The position numbers and the translations under genes were made by a program. This document shows positions 50,719 through 57,086 of a DNA stretch of 64,000 nucleotides, piece after piece (the stretch's first letter is position 1; every line of letters begins with the position of its first letter). The notes beneath the pieces are model-generated. The model had not been told where the DNA came from, made no database searches, and was given only the letters and a program-made list of their open reading frames with translations. The stretch comes from a virus. The DNA lies in the IMG/VR virus record IMGVR_UViG_3300034358_000044, positions 32,001 to 96,000 of that record; one strand, given 5' to 3'.

Positions 50719-51029
50719 TGCAGTACCTTCCTCTGATTCTGGGCATCATCTCCGTCGTCCTTGGCATCGTTGTCGCCATCATGACTTCAGGGATGGCAGG
50801 TCTCAGGAAGGAACTCGGAGAGTCGCAGCAGAAGTTGGAAGACACCAAGCGTGAGCTCGGAGGGCAGCTTCAGCAGTCGAAGATTCAGCTCGATGAAGCT
50901 GTCGCCAGCCGAGATCGCGTCATCACCGGACTGAAGACGGAAATCGACAGACTGGAGACAAGCCTTGCTGCGAATCATGATCCTGTCGTTGTTCGTGAGC
51001 GTCTCAGTCGGTTGCTCTCTGTGCCGTGA
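50718..51029 (+). CDS. i-spanin (Rz-like)
   Basis: N-terminal TM plus periplasmic coiled coil; TGATG coupling. Confidence 0.65.
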   Translation: MQYLPLILGIISVVLGIVVAIMTSGMAGLRKELGESQQKLEDTKRELGGQLQQSKIQLDEAVASRDRVITGLKTEIDRLETSLAANHDPVVVRERLSRLLSVP

Positions 51030-51333
51030 CTACTGCATCGACCATCCTGAGATTCGGTACATGCCGGCGGCCACCGACTGCCTGCCGGACCCGCCTCCCA
51101 GGGAGTGGCCTGTCGAGGCCACGGTGGATGCAACCTGCCCGGCCAACTTCGCCCTGTGCCTACAGGTAGACGCAGGACTGTCCCTGGAGCACAACCTGCT
51201 GGCCCTCAGGCGCTACTCCACAGAGGCCTGGGCCAGGTGTGGGGCTTCCGTCCCTGATGCCGGGGCTGGAGATGCTGGGGTTGCTGGGGCTGTTGATGCT
51301 GGCCGACTGGACGCTGGCTCAGGGGCCCGGTAG
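50977..51333 (+). CDS. o-spanin lipoprotein (Rz1-like)
   Basis: lipobox VSVGC; Pro-rich segment; overlaps the i-spanin 3' end in another frame. Confidence 0.65.
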   Translation: MILSLFVSVSVGCSLCRDYCIDHPEIRYMPAATDCLPDPPPREWPVEATVDATCPANFALCLQVDAGLSLEHNLLALRRYSTEAWARCGASVPDAGAGDAGVAGAVDAGRLDAGSGAR

Positions 51334-51753
51334 AAGGCTGATGGAGCTCGACGAGGAGAGGAAGGGGCTGGCGAAGAGCAGCTCCTCCACCTTCTGAATC
51401 AGCGCAATGCGTCGTAGGGGCTTCTCCATCACCACGGTGGCCCCGGCCTGAACCGCCTCCTGCTGGAGCTGCATGGATCCAGCAGTGATGGCGATGATGG
51501 GGATGGCCCCGAACTCCAGAGTGCCTCTGAGCTTCTTGATGAGCTGGATGCCACTCATCTTGGGCAACATCAGGTCTGTAATGATGAAGCCTGGCTGGAC
51601 CTTCTGGCAGAGATCCCATCCTGCCTCTCCGTCCATCGCCGTGAAGACCTGGTACTGGTCTCCCTCCATCGCGAAGAAGTCAGAAATCATCTTGCCGATG
51701 AGCTCTTCGTCATCGACAACAACCATCTTGAGAGTGGCCGGCTTCTGCGGCAT
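51319..51753 (-). CDS. single-domain response regulator receiver (CheY-like)
   Basis: VVDDE, ITDLMLPKMSG (phospho-Asp), AITA, EKP. Confidence 0.92.
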   Translation of the reverse strand: MPQKPATLKMVVVDDEELIGKMISDFFAMEGDQYQVFTAMDGEAGWDLCQKVQPGFIITDLMLPKMSGIQLIKKLRGTLEFGAIPIIAITAGSMQLQQEAVQAGATVVMEKPLRRIALIQKVEELLFASPFLSSSSSISLLPGP

Positions 51754-51794
51754 TGGGAGAGTCTACGCCTACCCGACCGAAGATGCCGAGAGCT

Positions 51795-51827
51795 AAAAAG
51801 GAAAGGCTCGAAACTTAGAGCCCTTCC
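51795..51827 (-). terminator. intrinsic terminator after the Ro60 gene
   Basis: GGAAGGGCTC-loop-GAGCCTTTCC followed by TTTTT. Confidence 0.7.
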
Positions 51828-51860
51828 CTCCGCAGCACCCGGCACAAAGTGCAGGTGCTA

Positions 51861-53492
51861 CTACCCGGTGACGAAGCTGTTCATCACCGTGGGGACGTCA
51901 GTCGAGAAGCCGACCACGTCCAGCATACCGGCATCGTTGGGGTCGGCGATGGTGAACCCGTTGCTCACCATGCCGCAGACGATGAGCTTGGCATCGATGC
52001 CAGTCTCCTGCCGGTACTGACGCAGCGCCTGGAACGGGTGGACCACCCCAGCGTACGTCTCTGAGTCCGTGTAGATCACGAACACGTCCACCTTCAGCTT
52101 CTCCTTGAGAGCGTACTGCATGGGGAGAGAGCAGTCGGTGGTCCCGAAGGGGATGTCCGAGATGGACCTGACCGCCTCGGGGAGCTTCATCTTCGGGGAC
52201 AGCTTGAGGGGCTTCAGCTGCGTCCCGGAGCCCCAGAGCCCGGAGCTGCCGCCGACCCCGAAGCCCACGATGTGGTGCCATGGCTCGGTCCTGGCCGTCA
52301 CCAGCGACATGGCGGCCGAGGCGTCCCTGGGGGTCAGGTTCGAGCCCGCGACGGAGCCGCCCGACATGGACCCCGAGACGTCGAGAGCCAGCAGGTAGCG
52401 CTTGCCGGTGGGCACGATGGTGTCGAAGGCCATGTAGAAGGCCTCGTCCAGCGCATCGACCACGTTGCTGTCGGGATTCCACGACAGGCTGCCCTTGAGG
52501 CCGTGCCCTGAGCTGTAGGTGCTCTGGGCCATCAGCAGGGCCATGGGGTGGATCCTGGCCTTCCTGAGGGCTTCCTTGTCCCCCAGGCGGGCAGCCACGA
52601 AGTGGGAGGCGTCGGAGAGGGGCTTGATGAGGCCGATCTCCGTCATCTTGCCCAGGTTGCGCACCATGGCGGTCAGCGGCATGCCATTGCCCGAGGTCAA
52701 GAGGGCGTCCCAGACCTTGACCGAGTTCAGCATCTGGGTGGGCACGCACTCCCTGGGCAGGTTGTAGTCCGTGATGAGCTGGACCATCTCGGTGTCCTTG
52801 GTGACCACCTTGGCCATCTCGAAGCCCCGGATGAGGGCGGGCACGAGCGGCTGGGCGGACTGCTCCGCCGGCAGCTTGCCGACCGCCCACTGGTAGCTCA
52901 GCTTCTGGACTTCGCTCTTCGGCTTGGGCTTCGCCTTCCGGAGGATGTCCCGGTGCGACCAGCCGTTCCGGCTCTGGTACTTCACCAGGTTGAGGGCGAG
53001 CGAGTCGGGCTGCTGGTTCTCGTACCAGCGGGTGAAGCCCCTCTTGGTGACGCGGCCCCAGCCACCCAGCTCCTTCACCGCCTCCGCCATCTGGAAGAGG
53101 TGAGTCCCGATGCGGCAGACCTGAGGGATGGAAGCCGAGGCCAGACGGCGCGTCTCGACGTCGCCCTCCTTCAACGCCAACGCGAGGGCGAAGATGGCAG
53201 GGTCGTTCTTGGGCGCCTTGCCCCCGCTGCTCACGTCGATGATGAGGTTGATGGCCTTCCCGCCATCTTCCTTGATGCACTCGACGACGCTGGCAGCGTT
53301 CTCCTGGGTCAGCTTCTTCTCCGAGGCGTAGTACGACCCGCCTTCAGAGCCCAGGATGAGGAACCGCTTGAAGCGTGTCCACTTGTCAGCGGCGAAGACG
53401 AAGCCACCTGCGGAGTTCTTCACCTGCGCCATGCCCGGAACCGGTTCGGTCTGGACGGTCTTCTTCGTTGAAACGTGCTTCCCGTAGTTCAT
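51861..53492 (-). CDS. rsr: Ro60/Rsr RNA-binding protein (TROVE + vWA)
   Basis: NSAGGFVF, RFLILGSEGGSYY, KYQSRNGWSHRD, AMVRNLGKM, IHP, MIDAS DVSGSM, GTTDCSLPM, YTDSET, GMLDVVGF; GGGAGG SD. Confidence 0.97.
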   Translation of the reverse strand: MNYGKHVSTKKTVQTEPVPGMAQVKNSAGGFVFAADKWTRFKRFLILGSEGGSYYASEKKLTQENAASVVECIKEDGGKAINLIIDVSSGGKAPKNDPAIFALALALKEGDVETRRLASASIPQVCRIGTHLFQMAEAVKELGGWGRVTKRGFTRWYENQQPDSLALNLVKYQSRNGWSHRDILRKAKPKPKSEVQKLSYQWAVGKLPAEQSAQPLVPALIRGFEMAKVVTKDTEMVQLITDYNLPRECVPTQMLNSVKVWDALLTSGNGMPLTAMVRNLGKMTEIGLIKPLSDASHFVAARLGDKEALRKARIHPMALLMAQSTYSSGHGLKGSLSWNPDSNVVDALDEAFYMAFDTIVPTGKRYLLALDVSGSMSGGSVAGSNLTPRDASAAMSLVTARTEPWHHIVGFGVGGSSGLWGSGTQLKPLKLSPKMKLPEAVRSISDIPFGTTDCSLPMQYALKEKLKVDVFVIYTDSETYAGVVHPFQALRQYRQETGIDAKLIVCGMVSNGFTIADPNDAGMLDVVGFSTDVPTVMNSFVTG

Positions 53493-53565
53493 GTTGCCTC
53501 CCATTCAGCTCGTGAATCCCACGAGCAAGGAACCGCGACTCTGACGGTGAAACGTTCAGCTCCTG
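53493..53565 (-). promoter_or_regulatory. Y-RNA-like Ro60-binding helix in the rsr leader with two alternative pairings
   Basis: CUUGCUCGUG can pair with upstream CAGGAGC-UGAA or downstream CACGAGC-UGAA, which is 1 nt before the SD. Confidence 0.6.
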
Positions 53566-54089
53566 AACGCCTTGGTGTTTCTCTGGGCCGCGAGAGCGAC
53601 CCCTGCTGCAGAAGCGGCCAGATTCAGGGAGGGCCTGACGTTCTCCCTCTCCTGCTCCAAGGCTTCCAGTCTGTTCGAGACGTGGATGAGCTGCTCGGCC
53701 AGGCTCTCGTACTCCTCGCGGGAGACGTAGGATTTCCTTGCCTGCTGCTTCACCAACTCCTTCATCCCCTTGCGGAACTCCTTACCTTGGTCGGAGTTCG
53801 AGAGGGCGGCGAAGAGGATCATGTCGTCTTCGGACCAGACGTGCATGTCGGCCCTGAGATACTTCAACTGAAAGGTCTCTCGGTTCTGCTGGAGAAACGA
53901 AATTGCGCCAATGTCGTTGGCGCAATTGCCGTCGAACTCGTCCCGGTGATTGAGGTAGACGTTCCTGAGGTTTCTCTCAGTGACGCCCAACACACCGGAG
54001 AGAACAGAGCCCGTAGTGAACAGGGTCCCGTCCTCGTCCTCCATCATGGGGACATTCAGATTGTTGAACTGCCAGGTCATCAGTCGCAT
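53556..54089 (-). CDS. phage antirepressor-like DNA-binding protein (ORF6N/Bro-N/KilA-N-like) with coiled coil
   Basis: F-x-TG..LS..LGV...LR...NH.DEF; VWSEDDMI..A..S.S; GGAG SD. Confidence 0.6.
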   Translation of the reverse strand: MRLMTWQFNNLNVPMMEDEDGTLFTTGSVLSGVLGVTERNLRNVYLNHRDEFDGNCANDIGAISFLQQNRETFQLKYLRADMHVWSEDDMILFAALSNSDQGKEFRKGMKELVKQQARKSYVSREEYESLAEQLIHVSNRLEALEQERENVRPSLNLAASAAGVALAAQRNTKAFRS

Positions 54090-54110
54090 GCGTTCTCCTT
54101 CAAGGGGGAT

Positions 54111-54142
54111 AAAAAAAGAGGCCCCCACTCTCATGGGAGCCC
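54111..54142 (-). terminator. intrinsic terminator closing the Y RNA array
   Basis: GGGCTCCC-ATGAGAGT-GGGGGCC followed by TCTTTTTTT, directly after Y4. Confidence 0.75.
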
Positions 54143-54332
54143 ACGGGCAAGACGATGCTGCTCTAGGCGGGAGGTGGACATCCCTTGCGGGTACCTCGTC
54201 CGTTTCCCTACGAGACTCCCAGCAATCAGAGTCTGGGAACTATTCAGTCAAGAGCGCCGGATTGGCGATGCCCTCGAACTTGGCAACTCTCAGCCCAAGC
54301 TCTTTTCGGGTAACCTAGAACCATCAGCCCGC
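54143..54332 (-). ncRNA. Y RNA-like Y4 (190 nt, multi-branched effector domain)
   Basis: GCGGGC-UGAU / CUU-GCCCGU end helix; GUUCUAGG/CCUAGAGC second stem; GGUUAC; internal hairpins including one with GUUCGA. Confidence 0.7.
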
Positions 54333-54342
54333 TTCAAAAGAA

Positions 54343-54428
54343 GAGTGAACAAGAAGTGAAACTCGGTGGGACCCTTTTGATCGGGTCCAGCGTTTTGGGC
54401 TGGAGAACCAAGTCTCTTCGGCTCACTC
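54343..54428 (-). ncRNA. Y RNA-like Y3 (86 nt)
   Basis: GAGUGAGC-CGAA / CUU-GUUCACUC; GAGACUUGGU/ACCGAGUUUC; two apical hairpins. Confidence 0.75.
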
Positions 54429-54435
54429 AAGAAAA

Positions 54436-54501
54436 GTACGAGCAAGGTTGTGAATGACGGAATCTTTTTATGGTAGGTAACCGTCACTCGTCAGCTCGTA
54501 C
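54436..54501 (-). ncRNA. Y RNA-like Y2 (66 nt, minimal)
   Basis: GUACGAGC-UGAC / CUU-GCUCGUAC; GAGUGACGG/CCGUCAUUC; UUACC loop. Confidence 0.75.
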
Positions 54502-54509
54502 AAAGAAAA

Positions 54510-54573
54510 TGGCGAACAAGAATTTAACCAGGGGTATGTTTTCCGTGGATAACCCTAGAGCGTCAGCTCGCCA
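54510..54573 (-). ncRNA. Y RNA-like Y1 (64 nt, minimal)
   Basis: UGGCGAGC-UGAC / CUU-GUUCGCCA; CUAGGG/CCCUGG; UUAUC loop. Confidence 0.72.
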
Positions 54574-54605
54574 AAAGCTGTGGGATAGATTTCATCCCTG
54601 TAAAA

Positions 54606-54617
54606 CCTTATGCCGAA
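54606..54617 (-). promoter_or_regulatory. candidate promoter motif TTCGGCATAAGG upstream of the Y RNA array
   Basis: exact match to the motif at 3338; 33 nt upstream of Y1. Confidence 0.5.
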
Positions 54618-54648
54618 CTTCTTCGGACTTTTGAATAGCAGTGGTGAA

Positions 54649-54722
54649 CGTCCTCGGTGAGACTCGAACTCACTACCCATTTCTTAGAAGGAAATTGCTC
54701 TATCCAGATGAGCTACGAGGAC
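54649..54722 (-). tRNA. tRNA-Arg(UCU)
   Basis: cloverleaf; anticodon loop CTTCTAA. Confidence 0.92.
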
Positions 54723-54724
54723 AG

Positions 54725-54810
54725 TGGAAGACTGAGGACTCGAACCTCAACCCCTTGCGGAATCGCACGGTTTAGCAAACCGGCCAGGGACCTCCCCTGG
54801 TTAGCCTTCC
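54725..54810 (-). tRNA. tRNA-Ser(GCU)
   Basis: loop TTGCTAA; long variable arm. Confidence 0.9.
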
Positions 54811-54815
54811 AACAG

Positions 54816-54899
54816 CGGAGAGAGGAGGATTCGAACCTCGGCCGACTTGCATCAACCAGCAGCTTTCCAAGCTGCCTCCTGACCATCAGGTCACTCTCC
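54816..54899 (-). tRNA. tRNA-Ser(GGA)
   Basis: loop TTGGAAA; long variable arm. Confidence 0.9.
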
Positions 54900-54903
54900 A
54901 AAG

Positions 54904-54989
54904 CGGAAGACGGAGGTATCGAACCCCACACCCTTACAGGAGCGCACTCGTTTCGAGCGAGGCCTGGTCCCATGACCAGTTCATCTTCC
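54904..54989 (-). tRNA. tRNA-Ser(CGA)
   Basis: loop CTCGAAA; long variable arm. Confidence 0.9.
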
Positions 54990-54992
54990 AAA

Positions 54993-55072
54993 GCTCCCCC
55001 CAGATGCGCCCTGGAGGACCGGCGGGGCCTGTAGGTTCCCTGAGCCCCTAGCTGTCGCCAGTTCGTGAGCTC
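54993..55072 (-). ncRNA. unidentified multi-stem RNA between Ser tRNAs
   Basis: nested stems GAGCU/AGCUU, ACUGGC/GCCGGU, GGGGC/GCCCC, CCAG/CUGG. Confidence 0.4.
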
Positions 55073-55081
55073 AGAGTACAG

Positions 55082-55166
55082 CGGAGGGCGGAGGTATCGA
55101 TCCCCACACCGTTTCGGGTGTCATCAGTTTTCAAGGCTGCGTCGCTTCCCAAGCGATTCACCCTCC
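55082..55166 (-). tRNA. tRNA-Ser(UGA)
   Basis: loop CTTGAAA; long variable arm; 3-bp core anticodon stem. Confidence 0.85.
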
Positions 55167-55711
55167 TAGTCAGATTCCAGCTCCCCGTTCCAGTAGGAGA
55201 CATCCCGGAGCCAGTTCTTCCAGCTTTCCGGCATGCCCTTCCTGAACGTGAAGGTCAGCCTCATCGTGTCCGGCAACTTCTTGGGACGCACCGGAGTAGA
55301 GAACAGCTTCATGCCGGCCTGCTCAGGTGTACGTCCGCCCTTCTTCTGGTTGCAGGGCACGCAAGCGATGACGATGTTCTCCCACCGAGTCTGACCGCCA
55401 TGCGCCCGGGGAACGACATGGTCGTAGGTGGACTCCTGCCTGGGCACCTTGGAGTGGCAGTACTGGCAGCGACCTTGGTCCCTCGTGTAGACGTTCTCAC
55501 GAGAGAACTTGATGGCCCTCTTCTTCCCGATGATGCGCTTCAGGAAGCGAATGACGGAAGGCACCTTGAACTCCAGGGTGACAGAACGGACGGTCCAGTC
55601 CTCGTACTCCTCGACGATCTCGACCTTGTTCTCCCAGAGAAGCGTGATGGCCCGTTGCCAAGGGATCCTGGCCACCGGCTCAAATGATTGCGACAATACC
55701 AGCGTGTCCAT
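55166..55711 (-). CDS. HNH endonuclease (McrA-like)
   Basis: FSRENVYTRDQGRCQYC, TYDHVVPR..GG..WENIVIACVPCN.KK. Confidence 0.92.
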   Translation of the reverse strand: MDTLVLSQSFEPVARIPWQRAITLLWENKVEIVEEYEDWTVRSVTLEFKVPSVIRFLKRIIGKKRAIKFSRENVYTRDQGRCQYCHSKVPRQESTYDHVVPRAHGGQTRWENIVIACVPCNQKKGGRTPEQAGMKLFSTPVRPKKLPDTMRLTFTFRKGMPESWKNWLRDVSYWNGELESD

Positions 55712-55738
55712 GACCAGCCTCCTTTGACTACGAGTGTG

Positions 55739-55817
55739 TGCCCCAGGAGGGAATCGAACCCTCATGCCGAAGCAGTGGATTTTGAATCCACCGTGTCTAC
55801 CGTTCCACCACCGGGGC
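55739..55817 (-). tRNA. tRNA-Leu(CAA)
   Basis: loop TTCAAAA. Confidence 0.92.
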
Positions 55818-55823
55818 CCTACT

Positions 55824-55905
55824 TGGATGAAGAGGGACTCGAACCCTCATGAGCAAGCTCGCCGGCTTCTAGGGCCGGAGTGTCTACCAGTTCCACCATT
55901 CATCC
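55824..55905 (-). tRNA. tRNA-Leu(UAG)
   Basis: loop CCTAGAA. Confidence 0.88.
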
Positions 55906-55908
55906 ATG

Positions 55909-55991
55909 TGATCGAGAAGGGACTTGAACCCTTACGGTGTTACCCGCCTGCCCCTCAAGCAGGTGCGTCTACCAATTTCCGCCACTCGATC
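55909..55991 (-). tRNA. tRNA-Leu(GAG)
   Basis: loop TTGAGGG. Confidence 0.92.
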
Positions 55992-55995
55992 AATG

Positions 55996-56078
55996 TGCCC
56001 AGAGCGAGAATCGAACTCGCACGGTTTTACCCGCCAGACTCTGAATCTGGTGCGTCTACCAAGTTTCGCCACCTGGGC
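55996..56078 (-). tRNA. tRNA-Leu(CAG)
   Basis: loop TTCAGAG. Confidence 0.92.
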
Positions 56079-56083
56079 AACTG

Positions 56084-56155
56084 TACTGGCAGAGGGATTC
56101 GGACCCCCGACATCTTGGGTGTAGGCCAAGCGCTCTACCTCTGAGCTATGCCAGC
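56084..56155 (-). tRNA. tRNA-Val(UAC)
   Basis: loop CCTACAC; T-loop TCCGAAT. Confidence 0.88.
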
Positions 56156-56217
56156 ATGTTGAGGACTTGGTAGCGCAAGTTGCCTCTGAACCTCTTCCCT
56201 TTCGGGTGCTACGGGTG

Positions 56218-56288
56218 TCGTGAGTGACAGAGTTGAACTGTCCTTCCAGGCTTATGAGGCCCGTGTCTTACCGATAGACGAACTCACG
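56218..56288 (-). tRNA. tRNA-Met(CAU), probably elongator
   Basis: loop CTCATAA; C1:G72 paired. Confidence 0.8.
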
Positions 56289-56297
56289 TACTGCACA

Positions 56298-56371
<74 letters not shown>

Positions 56372-56372
56372 A

Positions 56373-56445
56373 CGCTCTTGGAGGGATTCGAACCCCCGAC
56401 TTCCTCTTTAGGAAAGAGGCGGTCTATCCACTGACGTACAAGAGC
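56373..56445 (-). tRNA. tRNA-Arg(CCU)
   Basis: loop TTCCTAA. Confidence 0.92.
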
Positions 56446-56450
56446 AACAG

Positions 56451-56522
56451 CGCCCTGCCGAGGAGTTGAACCTCGCACTATCCCAGGTTCGTAGCCTGAG
56501 GTCTGGATCCGCCAGGCAGGGC
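56451..56522 (-). tRNA. tRNA-Arg(ACG), non-canonical D-arm
   Basis: loop CTACGAA; D-stem abuts acceptor; D-loop CGGAT. Confidence 0.75.
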
Positions 56523-56525
56523 ATG

Positions 56526-56594
56526 AGCCCTATCGGAGAGTTGAACTCCATCTTTCGCCTTCGGAGGGCGAAGTCCAGATCCGCTGGATAGGGC
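56526..56594 (-). tRNA. tRNA-Arg(CCG), non-canonical D-arm
   Basis: loop CTCCGAA; D-stem abuts acceptor; D-loop CGGAT. Confidence 0.75.
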
Positions 56595-56792
56595 CTACTT
56601 CTTTCTACTTCTCGGAGAGGCTCTTGGTTTGGGGACCAGAGTAGGCCCGTCGTAGCCGATACCGGCTTCCAAGAGGCGCTCCAGACGCATCCATTTCTCT
56701 CTGTCGTAGCCGTCTGTTCCGACGTCACGAGTCCAAAGCTCGTGGAAGAGCACTCGTGCTTCTGCCTTCTCTTCTTTTTTCAAGCGGTGCAT
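56595..56792 (-). CDS. small hypothetical protein
   Basis: 65-aa ORF exactly filling the gap between tRNAs. Confidence 0.55.
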   Translation of the reverse strand: MHRLKKEEKAEARVLFHELWTRDVGTDGYDREKWMRLERLLEAGIGYDGPTLVPKPRASPRSRKK

Positions 56793-56795
56793 GAG

Positions 56796-56867
56796 TGCTC
56801 CCGATGGGAATCGAACCCAATGCCTCGTCCTTACCAAGGACGTGCTCTGCCGTAGAGCTACAGGAGC
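56796..56867 (-). tRNA. tRNA-Thr(GGU)
   Basis: loop TTGGTAA. Confidence 0.92.
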
Positions 56868-57086
56868 GTACTACAGGTAGCTGACACACTTGCCTTTGGG
56901 AGGTGGTGGTCCGTCTGGTGTTCTGCCCCGTGCCATGGATGGCATCCGAACTCCGTGCTTTGTTCGGCGTCGTCTTTTCCCGTGTGTCGGAAGGTGAGGT
57001 GCATCACGTACTTCCTCCCCTGGATCCACCGGGGAGGCGTCTGTATGAGCCGTGGGCACGCCTCACTTGCTACTAGTCCGGCTACC

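Noticed and set aside
51898-53471. Long overlapping ORFs across rsr (51898-53280 minus, 52548-53471 plus)
   Set aside because: Low-complexity R/P/G or L/G/V shadow frames caused by GC3-biased codon usage of the Ro60 gene.
54143-54573. CRISPR mini-array (repeat-spacer look of the Y RNA cluster)
   Set aside because: Units share structure and short motifs, not identical direct repeats; lengths vary from 64 to 190 nt; no cas genes.
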